A DNA stretch of 60,934 bases, the filler included. It is 6 parts of 6 records of this genome, joined end to end, with 100 filler letters (N's around TTAATTAATTAA, not from the genome) between each part and the next. Parts side by side here need not be neighbours in the genome. Positions count along the whole stretch, not along the records: positions 1 to 10,185 come from SRR7504441_1985; positions 10,286 to 26,504 come from SRR7504441_1986; 4 more parts are not named here. The stretch is one strand, 5' to 3'. The notes beneath the pieces were generated by a model that saw only the letters and a list, made by a program, of their open reading frames with translations, had not been told where the DNA came from and searched no databases. Shown here piece after piece: positions 8,790-19,204 of this stretch. Numbering within the stretch: position 1 is the first letter of the stretch; every line of letters starts with the position of its first letter. The position numbers and the translations under genes are program-made.

Positions 8790-10052
8790 TCAATGCGGCT
8801 GTTGCATGTGTCGGATAGCTCGCCCAAGACGTTCTAAGAGGGACCACGGTACTCGCTGGCGCCAGCCAAGGTGACTGGCATATACTTGCATCAACTCGAC
8901 AGCAGACGTGGCACCTCGAGACCGCTTGAAGTCTCCGGCACCGCCAGACGCATGACAGCATAAGCCGTGCCGCTTCGCCTCTTGCATAATCTTCAAGCTC
9001 AGCAACCGGTAAAGTCCCACAGCTTGAGGCAAGCGCGTCTCGTACCCAAAAAACGGAGTTGTCAAGAGCCCACCACGCCGGTAGTAGCCAATGACGCCGT
9101 CAATTTCTCCGTGCCGTACGTTGACAAGGATGAAGACCGTAAGCAGCTGTTGGGTCACAGCTGTGCGTACAAACTCTGCCGTATACTGGGGATTGCAGGC
9201 GGTATACTTGTCAATGTATAGCAACACATAGAGCTCAACCACTCGATCTAGCACTCTGGGAGCTGGTGCACTATCGAGTAATTGCCACTCATATTGCCCA
9301 TCAGAACTGTCGGCGTTGCATAGCTGCTTCCTGGCAAGCTTCTGGTCATTCTTTATGGGATTCCTACCCCAGACTTCCTCGGAGAGCACGTCTTGGTAGT
9401 GAACATACCGCTCAGGGACCCGAGACCAGCCCAGCTTGTCTAGCGCCGCTAAGGTGTGTGGGCTGCCGATTTCATCCAGAGATCGGTAGGCTAGGGCGTG
9501 GCTCGGGTGTGAGGCGAGCAGCTCTTCTGTCAATTCCCGGAGAAGCGCTTCCAGCCGTTCGGGCTCCTTGGGCATCTGGCTGGGGTGTAGGTTGGTGGAG
9601 AGTAGAAAGTTGTTCACATAGACCACTTTATCCATGCTGCAGCACCACCCCACCAATATCCAACACCAGCAGACTCCTATCAGCACAGCCGCCGCCACCG
9701 CTGCCACAAAATCGGCCAGCCCAGCTGGCTTGAGCCCGCGCAGTTGAAGCCTCCGGGCGAGCACGGGCCGGAGAACAAGCACTTCATCGATCACAACCCA
9801 GCCAAAATGCGAGTGAGCGGACGAGGTGTATGATCGTCGCCACGGCCAACAAGGCCGCCGGCACGGCCGCGACAGTGGAACGAGCACTCGGCCGTGGCCC
9901 AGCACCGCAAGCCCCACCTCAGTCCCCCCTGCGTTCCTTATGAAAGCTTCAGTCCCCCCGGCGGCCAGCTCACAGAGGTACCTGCGCACAAACTGGGACT
10001 CCGCGTCGGCGGGCCAGCTGAGGCTCTCCAGCTCGGTGCCCCAGTAAATCAT
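8790..10052 (-). CDS. Bacterial-type GNAT/FemAB-fold protein with an inserted TM segment
   Basis: Intronless ORF with motifs VNNFLLSTNL, LYIDKY..CNPQYT..F, TTPFFGYET.LPQ.VGLYRLL and HASGGAGDFKRSRG. The last is the typical C-terminal G..FK..G signature of GNAT_6/Fem-like proteins. Confidence 0.7.
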   Translation of the reverse strand: MIYWGTELESLSWPADAESQFVRRYLCELAAGGTEAFIRNAGGTEVGLAVLGHGRVLVPLSRPCRRPCWPWRRSYTSSAHSHFGWVVIDEVLVLRPVLARRLQLRGLKPAGLADFVAAVAAAVLIGVCWCWILVGWCCSMDKVVYVNNFLLSTNLHPSQMPKEPERLEALLRELTEELLASHPSHALAYRSLDEIGSPHTLAALDKLGWSRVPERYVHYQDVLSEEVWGRNPIKNDQKLARKQLCNADSSDGQYEWQLLDSAPAPRVLDRVVELYVLLYIDKYTACNPQYTAEFVRTAVTQQLLTVFILVNVRHGEIDGVIGYYRRGGLLTTPFFGYETRLPQAVGLYRLLSLKIMQEAKRHGLCCHASGGAGDFKRSRGATSAVELMQVYASHLGWRQRVPWSLLERLGRAIRHMQQPH

Positions 10053-10185
10053 CGTGCGCTGCCCGTCGCCATTGGGCAGTCCTCACCCTGCGAGCAGATT
10101 CCCACCCGCTACCCGCAACCGAGTCAATCCAACGGCTTCTGGCGGTGAGGACTGCCGACCGGGCGCTCAGGAGGGTCGAGGGGTG

Positions 10186-10285
10186 NNNNNNNNNNNNNNN
10201 NNNNNNNNNNNNNNNNNNNNNNNNNNNNNTTAATTAATTAANNNNNNNNNNNNNNNNNNNNNNNNNNNNNNNNNNNNNNNNNNNN
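10186..10285. other. Artificial contig-joining linker
   Basis: 44 N + TTAATTAATTAA (stops in all six frames) + 44 N. Confidence 0.98.
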
Positions 10286-10483
10286 GTGGAACTGGGAGGA
10301 CGGCTGCTGGTACTCGAGATCGGCCCACAGCTCACAGCTGAACAGCCGGCGCCCGTCCTCGCCCGTGCAAACAATGGTGGGCGGATCTCTGTACAGCGCC
10401 ACCTCGTTCAGCTCGTCGCCCTCGCGGATCCAGGAGGCGCCGTCCGAGGCGTAGTACGCCGCGCACACCGTCACTTCCGCCAT
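10286..10483 (-). CDS. 5' fragment of a gene with an EVH1/WH1 (PH-like) domain, truncated by contig end
   Basis: MAEVTVCAAYYASDGASWI...LFSCELWADLEYQQPSSQFH resembles the EVH1 L.Y....FH motif. Confidence 0.5.
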
Positions 10484-10931
10484 GGAGCCGGCTGTGCTGT
10501 GACGCCGCCCCTCCACCACCTGGCAAGCTTGTGGCGCAACCAGTCTTGAACATAACGGCAAAGATCTGCTCCCCTCTGAGACATCGTGGTGCAGCATCCG
10601 AGGCTTGCAGCGGCTTACTCGTCCAGTATGATTATAGCATGCGGCCGTCGCGGGGCGTGCAAAGGTGCGGAGACTTGGGCGTGTAAAACAATTGGCCCAT
10701 ATCTTAGAAGATCAAAGAATAATCTAAGAAGCGATTCACTAAAACTTTATGAATATGTACAACGATACTGCTCGTCAGGTGTTTGTTACATGTATGTTCA
10801 AAACGTCCGACCACTTGGCACCATATTGGGTTTGGACGTTGCTCTCCTATTACTCCGCATCGATAGGAGTAGGGATCGGTGAGTACAATGATTGTGATTT
10901 GCGAGCTCAACCACACCACAGCATTGATCAA

Positions 10932-11150
10932 TCACTTGAAGGACAAGTTGGTGCAGAGCAGCAGCATCTCTTCCTTGGTGTCCAGCGTGCCGGAGTCATT
11001 GAGATCGTATCTCTGGAATGACGCTCGGAGCGTCTTTTTCAACGCTGGTAACGCTGGCAGGGGGCTTGACGATTCGACCTTTCGCAGTTTGTCCAACCCG
11101 AATGTGAGCACCTTTGCCAGTGCGGTGTGGTCGTCCACCCCAGAGGCCGT
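10932..11150 (-). pseudogene. EF-hand protein fragment
   Basis: LRASFQRYDLNDSGTLDTKEEM is an EF-hand-like loop. No clear start or downstream exon could be reconstructed, and it abuts a + strand fragment. Confidence 0.45.
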
Positions 11151-12327
11151 ACAACCCGGACCAGCACCAATGGGACCACGGCCTCCACCGCATCTCGGAC
11201 AGCCGCGGGCGCGACGCGGGCTTCGCGCAGTATGTCTGGGGTGAGGTCCTGGCCCGACCGACTGAGCCAGCTTGTGCACTCAGGGATGGCCAACCAATCA
11301 ACAGACAGAGTGCGGGTGTACTATGGCCACGAGCTGGAGTCGCTGAGCGCGCCTGACCGCACCCAGCCGATAGCTCTCAACCTGCGAACGGCGGAAGGCC
11401 CACTGACCGTGCTTGCTTCAAAGAGTGTACTGCTCAATCTACCACAGGTCAACTTGCCTATCTGTCGCAGACCGGCCTAACCTTCTATTCGAACGTCAGG
11501 CCCCTCTATTGTCGGTGCTCTCCCGGAGCTCCCCGAGCCGCCTCCCGGCCCAGCTGCATAATCCGAACCCAACGGCCTACATGAAGCTTTATCTGCACTA
11601 CACCGACGCTTGGTGGCGCGGAGGCAAGTACGGCCTCGACCTGGCAAGCGGCAACTTCAGCAACTTGGCGAGCACTTCCCGGCCTTACACGGATAACATC
11701 ATCCACAGTTTCCCAGGCACAAAGACCGCTCCACTCAAGGGCGCGTACCACGACGGGGACGTGCGCTGTGGGGCCGGCTCATGCCGAGGATTCATCCAAG
11801 CCGTGTATACAAGCGACGTATTCGCGCTGATGTTCTACCGCAGCCTGGGCATCAGCACGCCAGGCGCGACGATCTCGACAGTAACCAGATCGAGCCATGG
11901 CGATCGGGGCAGTTGGCTACTTACAGAGGTGCACAAGGCGCTGGTCGAAATGCACGCACAGCAGCTGGGCCAGAACGCCTCGGCAGTGCTCGCGGGACTG
12001 GCCACCCAGCCAGACAGCGCAGTACTGGCAATGTGGGATGCAACTGCAGAAGGCTTTGGGGCGGCCTGCCACTTCTCTCGATTGCACGGGCGGTCAAAAG
12101 CAGCTGCTGCGCTCGGGCTAGGACACGCAGACCGCGAGAGAAGCCAGCCTATCGGGCCACAGGGGAGTGGAATCAGCATCGAGGGTGGGAAGGCGACGCC
12201 CTGGGTGGGGCTGGGCATATCTGAGCCACCCACGCTGGAAATAACTGCGAGTTGTGCAGCCGACTGCTCTGCTTGGACTTCAGAGGAAATCAAAGTGGAA
12301 TGTAAAAGGTGCGCAGGCTCTTTATAG
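11147..12327 (+). pseudogene. Flavin amine/L-amino-acid oxidase-like fragment (5'-truncated)
   Basis: Spliced pieces VRVYYGHELESL..., SVLLNLPQ and MKLYLHYTDAWWR resemble the mid/C-terminal part of amine oxidases. No N-terminal GxGxxG FAD motif is present and the 3' end diverges. Confidence 0.45.
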
Positions 12328-13030
12328 GGACGCCCAGTACAAAAAAGTGAAGGGCGACATGGTTACAAAATACTTCGGCACATCATTCAGTCGCCAGAAG
12401 CAAGAAGAAGCAGAGCAAAAGGCATCTCTGATCAAAGCACAGTTAGACGCCGAAAATCGGAGATGGGCCGAAATCCGAAAGCTGGAACGCGAGATTCACA
12501 GACTTTATGGGTTCTGCCGAGAAGGAATCCAGGCTGTATGCCGGCAAAGAAAGGGGAAGTATGGTCGTGTTGATCCTGAGAAGACATGGATCAGCTACAG
12601 CTTTTGTCATGACCGCATCAAGCCAAAAATCCAAGCATTGCAGGGTAAATTACAGGGCTTAGGCCAGTCGAATCTGTACACTGATTTTGGCGAACACAAT
12701 TCTGGCTCGTGTACGGGTTGGCAAGCGCCAATGGAATTGAGTCAAGAGGATTTTGTCAACTATATGACTAAGGTTTGGTGCAAGAAGTCCATGTGGACCA
12801 ACGAAGGTGATGAATCTTCCTCCTGGTACAAGAGGTCACGTGAGAGGCACCGCAAGGGCTATAATTTATTTTGGAACATATTGAATGAGGACGACAAGAA
12901 TGACTGCTCTAACGAACTGCTTGATGGCCTCAAGGATATGGACACTGCCGGGAAGTACACATCCAAGATCAACAAGTTGAAGACCTACAAGATCACTCGT
13001 TCACGGCATTACTACTTCACGGATTCATAG
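12254..13030 (+). CDS. Hypothetical Lys-rich protein
   Basis: 258-aa open frame with lower GC than its flanks. Start uncertain and no family recognised. Confidence 0.45.
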   Translation: MQPTALLGLQRKSKWNVKGAQALYRDAQYKKVKGDMVTKYFGTSFSRQKQEEAEQKASLIKAQLDAENRRWAEIRKLEREIHRLYGFCREGIQAVCRQRKGKYGRVDPEKTWISYSFCHDRIKPKIQALQGKLQGLGQSNLYTDFGEHNSGSCTGWQAPMELSQEDFVNYMTKVWCKKSMWTNEGDESSSWYKRSRERHRKGYNLFWNILNEDDKNDCSNELLDGLKDMDTAGKYTSKINKLKTYKITRSRHYYFTDS

Positions 13031-13318
13031 TGTCCACTATGCTCCCACGGAACACTATACTACTCCGATTATGTGCCAACGAACATCGAATCTCTGGTAG
13101 ACCAGCAAGGACCTTGCTGGTCAGCCGGCGAGGACGCCAAACTTGTGCTCAACTACTTGTACTTAACAGACTTAAAACGCGATTCAGGCATGATCTGATC
13201 ATGCAGATCTATTCATGATGAGAAATTGCTATTGAGACTAACTTTAATCAATGAAACAAATCATGTTGTCTTGATGCACTCCAGCCCAGGCAAAGTGCCG
13301 TTACAGTGCCATTGCGCA

Positions 13319-13909
13319 ATGATCCCAGTTGTGGGCCTCCTGCTCAGCGGCTACGTGCCCGATGCCTTCTTCTCGGCGCTTCTCGCGGCCTTCCCACTCC
13401 GAGTCCACTCGGGCTACCAAGCGCTGCTGCTCGCCACGGCGCTCGTCTACCTCCCGGTGAGCCCTCGGCGGGCTGACAAAAAAATTGAGCTGGGCGGACA
13501 GTTCGGGCTCAATTTGCTGTACAAACTCAAGCTGACAGGCGGCAAAGTGGACAACGTCAACCCGCGCAAGCAGGCCGAGACGCTCAAGGCCACCCACCCG
13601 GCTTTCGCCCGACTGGCGGTGCGCAGCCCTGCCCTCATGGCCGGGACCGGCTGGCTACAGGCGGCCGAGCAGAACATGCAGGAGGGGATGCTGATCTTTG
13701 CGCCGGCCGTGCTGGCCGCCACGCAGGCCGGGGTTTCCAAGGTGCTGATCTGCCAGTTTGGTACTGCCTGGCTGCTCGCCCGCGCGGCCTACGTCTTCGT
13801 CTATGCTATTGGATCGAACGAGGCCCTAGGCGCACTCCGGTCTTTGCTGTTTGTCATCAGCCTTCTGGCCACCGGGAAGCTGCTCCACGCGGCAGCCGCG
13901 CTGGCTTGA
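13319..13909 (+). CDS. MAPEG family membrane protein
   Basis: DNVNPR.Q, AAEQNMQEG (AH.N..E-like) and LARAAYVFVY, with about 4 TM helices. Confidence 0.8.
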   Translation: MIPVVGLLLSGYVPDAFFSALLAAFPLRVHSGYQALLLATALVYLPVSPRRADKKIELGGQFGLNLLYKLKLTGGKVDNVNPRKQAETLKATHPAFARLAVRSPALMAGTGWLQAAEQNMQEGMLIFAPAVLAATQAGVSKVLICQFGTAWLLARAAYVFVYAIGSNEALGALRSLLFVISLLATGKLLHAAAALA

Positions 13910-14073
13910 AATGACCAAATGCTGGTGACACTGTTAGCGGCTCAGATTCTAGAATTATGCCGCGCTGATTGTCGCGGGTTGTGTGGCGATCCAAACGACT
14001 GCACTTGCGCTTTTATTCGTACCTAGAGTACGTTGATAGTAAATAAAAGACGATGCGCAACTCAATAGGTGGC

Positions 14074-15371
14074 CTACCGCTCGAAGTGCTGTGAGGCCAC
14101 AGTGCCCTCGGGAATAAACTGCCACCATCGTGGGCAGAGCCTCAAATCCCCGTGCCAGGTTTCCATTTTCGGCCCCCAATGCTCAAGTGTGCTGCCGTCC
14201 GGCGACACGTTGACGTGCCAGTGGCCCGGAGGCGCCGCTCCGTGCTGTGCAAAGTCTACTGAAGCTAGCAAGTCCCAACGACCCTCGCAGCTGTGATAGA
14301 TCAAGTTGTGCCGGACATCTAGCGGCCTCGCCTCAACGGAAATCGATACGACCTTGTACAGATACTTGCCGGAGCTGCAGGTACCCACCTGGCTGTGCGC
14401 GTACTGCACATCATTCCGCAGCAGACCGGACAGAAAGCAGAACAAGATCGCTTCCCTGGGCTGAGGCGACAGCGCCACCTGCAGAGGCTTTGCCATCGCA
14501 CTCCCGACAAACATGGCGTGGAATCGCTGCTCGTGATCGCAGCCGCGCTCCATCAACTCCCAACTGCGCCCCACAGGTGAGCCCGGCTGCCAGGCAACGG
14601 TGGCACTAAGAGGAGAGTGGCTGGCTGCAGGCCTCGGCTTCGTGCTCAAGCTCGTTAAACACGGCCCGGACCACCGGCTTGACGTGCACCTTCTCCTTGT
14701 TCCGCACGTGCGGAAGGACTCGCTCCTCCAGCTGCCCGGCGCCCAAAGCGACTGCCCGCCACTCAGCTTCAGGGGGCGCAGCGCACACCAAGCAGACTGC
14801 CTGAGATGTCCTCTTGAACAATAATCGCCGCCACCTTTTGCACAATGTCTGCCCGTCGGTGGTGCACTTCGGCCACCCGTTTGGCTAGCTCGGCCGGCTC
14901 CATCTCCTCCAGGCCACGCCCCTGCAGCTCCGTGGCCCAGCCACCGTCGAGGTACTCGCCCGCTGCCGCGTTCAGGGCACATCCCTCGTCCTCGGTGACC
15001 TCCCGAGCTGCTGGCCCGCGGGCAGACTTCTTGCGCCGGGCGGGCTTGCCCTCACGGCCCTCTGGTTCGCACTTTTCTGCCTCGGGCGGTGCCCCCGCCG
15101 CCGCCTCGATTGAAGGCGCCAGGCACACCACGCTGCTAAGCACCTGCGGCACCGGCTCCGGCGCCTGCCCCGTGCACAGCGCCGCGAGCCTGGCGAACAG
15201 GTCTCGGGCGGCGGTCTGGTCCAGCCCACCGGCGGCCTCCAGGAAGGCCCGCACGTCGTCGGCGCAGTCCGCGGGGTCATCCGACTCCTCGAGCATCCCC
15301 GCAATATACTCGCGCGTGTCGGGGTCCACTGCCGCCACCTCGGCCAGCAGCGACCGCACAGGATCGGCCAT
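14074..15371 (-). CDS. Hypothetical protein (spliced) with an N-terminal acidic helical domain
   Basis: MADPVRSLL...VDPDTREYIAGMLEE N-terminus. Consecutive ORF pieces can be joined through short introns. Confidence 0.55.
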
Positions 15372-15487
15372 CGCCGCGGCAGTCAATCCCCGGCGACCCG
15401 CCGAGGACGACTCTGGACCGATGGGTGCCGTTGCCGTTGCCTTGCAGGGCTGGTGGATGCTCCAGTGGCTCTAGTGCCACGGCGTCG

Positions 15488-17129
15488 ATGGAGCCGGCCG
15501 CGGACGACGAGGCGGCGCTGAGCCAGCTGCGGAAACAGAACGCGGAGCTCAAGGAGCAGCTCCACCTGCGGAACGACGCCGAGGACAAGGAGCTCCGGCA
15601 ACTGTTCCCGCACCTGCCCGACACGGAACACGTTATAGACTACTTCGCCTGCGCACTCTCGGCCAAGATCCTGCTGCAGGGTGCCCGGCCCGGACGCTCG
15701 GCCGGCCATCGAGGGCAGGCTGGATGTACCTGACCCCGAATTATATATGCTTCTCTTGCAACCTGCTCGTGTACAAGCGCCGCGAGTGCTTCGAGCTGAA
15801 GGAGGTCACAAAGATCTCCAAATCGCGGCACGCTGGGGTGGGCGCGGCATGGGTCGGCCCCGGGCCGAGGCCGGTCAGGTCAATCCGGGGGTGTGTCTGC
15901 ACCTAGGCAGCAAGAAAGTCTTCTTCTTCTCGTTTTTCGATCGGGATAAGGTTGGCGGCCGGGCCGAGCCGGGCTGCAACTGGCGACAGGTGATGATGCT
16001 GCTCCAACGGCTGGTCGACCTCCACAAGGAGCAAGACGAGGACGCGGAGGAGGACTTTGAAGAATACGTGTACGAGGTGAACCGACCGCGCCGCGCTACT
16101 GAACCGGGCGCAGGACGTGGTGGCCTCGATCACGCCAGAGGGCGGCTCCGCATTCCCGGAGGCCGCTGTAGACAAGGACGAGTCCGGTGGCTGCCGGGGG
16201 CTGCCGGGGGCTGAGGGATGTGCAGCGTATAAGAATAAAGTGCACAGCTGTGAGCTACCTATGACTACTAGAGAGGCGTTTGCGTTGCTGTACTCCGAGC
16301 CTAGCAACTTCACGATGAAGAACAAGGAGTACGAGGGCGCGTCGGAGGTGTCTCCAACGGCAGCCCCCGGGCCTAGGCTCGGCCAGATCACTATCTCCCA
16401 ATGGGCCACCCCAGCGGACAAAAAGGAGGGTTGGATCCGAGAACTCAATTTCCGTTATCCTCTGGACGGGATACCGATGTGTCCGCCGAGCACGATGGTG
16501 CACGAGGTTCAGCACTGCAGGTGCCCGGCCCTGCTCGGCGCCCGTCGAGCTCCTTGGATCAGGCTGGACACCGAGACTGGCCATTTGGTGGTGGTTTATG
16601 CAGTGCAAAGCCACGACGTACCGTACGGTGCCCGACCGCACCCACCCGCGGCTCAGGGCCAGGCAGGCACCTACTTCACTGTAGAGACTAAACACATATT
16701 CTCGCCTGTGGGCGAAGACAAGTGCCGGCTGGAAATCTCTATGGAGGTGCAGTCTCTCGTCGCTCGAACTGAGCCAGACGCAGGTCTGTTTCTCCAAGTC
16801 GACTTTCCTCGAGGGCAAGATCACCTCCAACACCGTCTCGCGCGAGATCGAGCGCTGGAAGGAGTGGTGCGTGTTCGTTCGAGACTACGTCGAGAGGAAG
16901 AAAGGGCTCCGCAGGTGCAGCCCAATGCAACTGGCAGGCGGCTGATCGGCTGTGAAGGTCGGCCAAGCCGTTGCCGTCCAAGCAGTCGGGCAAGGGCGAG
17001 AAGCAGCAATCGCGAGGTTATGACGACTTTGTGGCGATGGCGATTGGAGCGATGCTGATAGTTGTGTTGTTCCTAATCTGGAGAGTCAATTCACGGGTGC
17101 GGGTCTTACAAGACGCCAACCTAATTTAG
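15488..17129 (+). CDS. GRAM + VASt (StART-like) lipid transfer protein with C-terminal TM anchor (Lam/Aster type), multi-exon
   Basis: GRAM: YFACALSAKILLQG|WMYLTPNYICFSCNLL (intron 15681-15718). VASt: ITISQW...RELNFRYP...SHDVPYG..FTVETK...KCRLEIS. TM: FVAMAIGAMLIVVLFLIW. TAG at 17127-17129. Confidence 0.88.
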
Positions 17130-17193
17130 GCGTCTTGTAACGTATAAATTAAAGACGCGTGTAGGCCCGCTAACATATAATTATGTAAAAATA

Positions 17194-19106
17194 TCAAAAC
17201 CAGAAAATAATGGCAACTTGAGCACTTTCAGGAGCCAGCACTCTATGCGTCACGTTTTTCGCTAGCACAACACCTTGACCGGCATCAAGGTGTAACGCTA
17301 CTATTGAGTTGTCGTCGGTAGGCACGGGAGAACACGACAGCTCAACAACAGATGTGCTGCTGCAACGCAGCACCACAATTGCCGAGCCATGCACCACGTC
17401 AACATCGCGATGCCACGGTACCGAAATTCCAGGCCTCAACAGCGAGATATGCATCTGCTTCGGAAGCTTGCCATTGGCTAGAGCACGGCTCAGCTGTTGC
17501 TTCTCACAGTGTGTATTAAGCAGCAGCGCCAGCTGTGACGCACATCGCTGGCCAAGCTGGGTCAAACATGCGGAGCTAGCCCATCTGCCCAGTTCCGGTT
17601 CCACGCTCCAGTGCTGCACGTAAAGGTACGGCACTGGCTCATGCGGCGTGGTACCTACTCGGGCTAACCGCTATAATTATTCTAGGAGCAGGCCACCTCC
17701 AAAACTGTATTCCTTGGCCGATTCGGCGGCCATGTCCACATCTTTAAGAAAGCTTCTAGTGCCGCGCGGAAGCTGTACCTGGAAGCTCCTAAAGGGCTCC
17801 GACGCGGACGCAAACTTGCCTCTATCATTGCGCTGCTGCAATCATTACAACCCGGTTCTGCTAGGATGCACCTGTTGTACTAAAGGCGCACTGCCGTAGC
17901 GCGCCGTTCTGTACTCGTTCCTCCATACTTTTTTCACCTGCCACAACATTAAACCAACGCCTATTGAGTCTCACCAGGTCGAGCCTAACATGCAGCTCAG
18001 CGGCGCAACGCCGTAGCAGCTCATCACGCCTCGTCGTGCGGACCTGGGTGGGATCAGCGAACCCTAGGCCAGCCGCTGACCACAGGTGCGCCATGCGGGA
18101 AGCGCTCCTCTTCCCACATGCCATTGGCCATCCGCAGCCACTGTCGTACCCGCGCAGTGCGGCCTCCGCCACCCAACCTCGCCTCCGAACCGCTAAGTGC
18201 AGCTTGAACCCGTTTGGGCTGTGGGATCAAATCTATCAGCTGTGGTAGCGCAGTTGAGTTCTGAGGGCTGAGAGATTGTTTGGGATCCCAAGGCACAACG
18301 GACGCTTGCTTGCATTGTGGGCAGTGCAGAGACCATTTCTCGCCGGCACACTCAGCATGATATGGATTAACACCACACTGACTGCACGTCAACACATTAT
18401 CCGAACGACGCACAGAAAGCTCGCAAATCAAGCAGTCATACGAGCCTTCTATGCAATAGTCTGCAACTTGCTCTAACTTTATGCGGGCTGCACTTTGCAC
18501 TGCTGGGTCTCGCGCCACTGCCTCCACCACCTGTAGGTCTATAATTGCTGCTTCGGGCGACGCCTGAGCTGGGTCTTCGGGCGATGCTGCCGCCGGCTCA
18601 GGCGATACAGTGGGCTCTTCTTGCAAATGATGCAATCCTGCACCACTGTTAGACCCAGGGTGGGCGGCAGGGCGGTGGGCGGGGTCACAGAGCAGCCCAG
18701 GGTGGGTTAAGGCGCACCAGGGATCTCGACATACTTGTCATCTGCCCGGGTGTTGTACCGGGCCGCCTGCCAATCCAGGGTCAAGACCGGCGATTGGCGA
18801 GCAAAGCAGCCGGCGAGGTCGGCCAAGCGGGCAGCCCGGATGACCTTAGCTGGCTGCTGCCCGTCGTCAGTCGAGCCTTGGTCTCGAGTACCAGTTGGCC
18901 GTTGGTCATCGTGTTGTTCCTGCCCTCGCACTCGCACTCGCACTCGCACCGGGCGCAAGGGAGGAGGGAGGGGCGCGGGTGGGGGCGTAGCGCACCTGCG
19001 GTCGCTTCCTGCCGGCCCGCGGCGTCAGACCAGCCTGCAGCTGGAAACGCGAGCGCCTCGCACTGCGACGCAGCGTCTGCTCGGGGCTAGCTTGCATCTC
19101 TTGCAT
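17194..19106 (-). CDS. PHD/RING-like finger + helical (homeodomain-like?) segment + 2OG-Fe(II) oxygenase-like domain, multi-exon
   Basis: C4HC3 finger CLIC...CSQC....HAEC...CPQC and C-terminal PWHRD...VTHRV double-stranded beta-helix. Exons can be joined through short GT-AG introns from ATG 19106. Confidence 0.6.
18925..18948. repeat. (CTCGCA)4 microsatellite
   Basis: Four direct copies, probably intronic. Confidence 0.85.
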
Positions 19107-19204
19107 TATTCAAAGCACGGCCGGGCTCCGAGCAGCTGCGCGCCGATCTGGTGTCGTGAACCCGCGGAGCCTGCCCTGCCGTTAACCGAAGTGCACAACC
19201 GACA

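Noticed and set aside
1-10185. Contig 1 as bacterial contamination or an operon
   Set aside because: It carries a spliced ATAD3 gene and an ELO domain, alternates strands and shares gene architecture with the other contigs.
10186-10285. Palindromic TTAATTAATTAA flanked by Ns, recurring five times
   Set aside because: Identical 100-bp artificial contig linker with stops in six frames. Not biological, and synteny across it is invalid.
14760-14800. In-frame TGA stops here and elsewhere suggesting recoding or selenocysteine
   Set aside because: They fall inside short introns with good splice sites, and the standard code explains all the long ORFs.
17900-17990. ASCH/PUA-like motif LVRLNRRWFNVVAGEKSMEER in ORF 17861..18172
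   Set aside because: It reads through a predicted 37-nt GT-AG intron and into the wrong frame. The spliced frame continues coherently.
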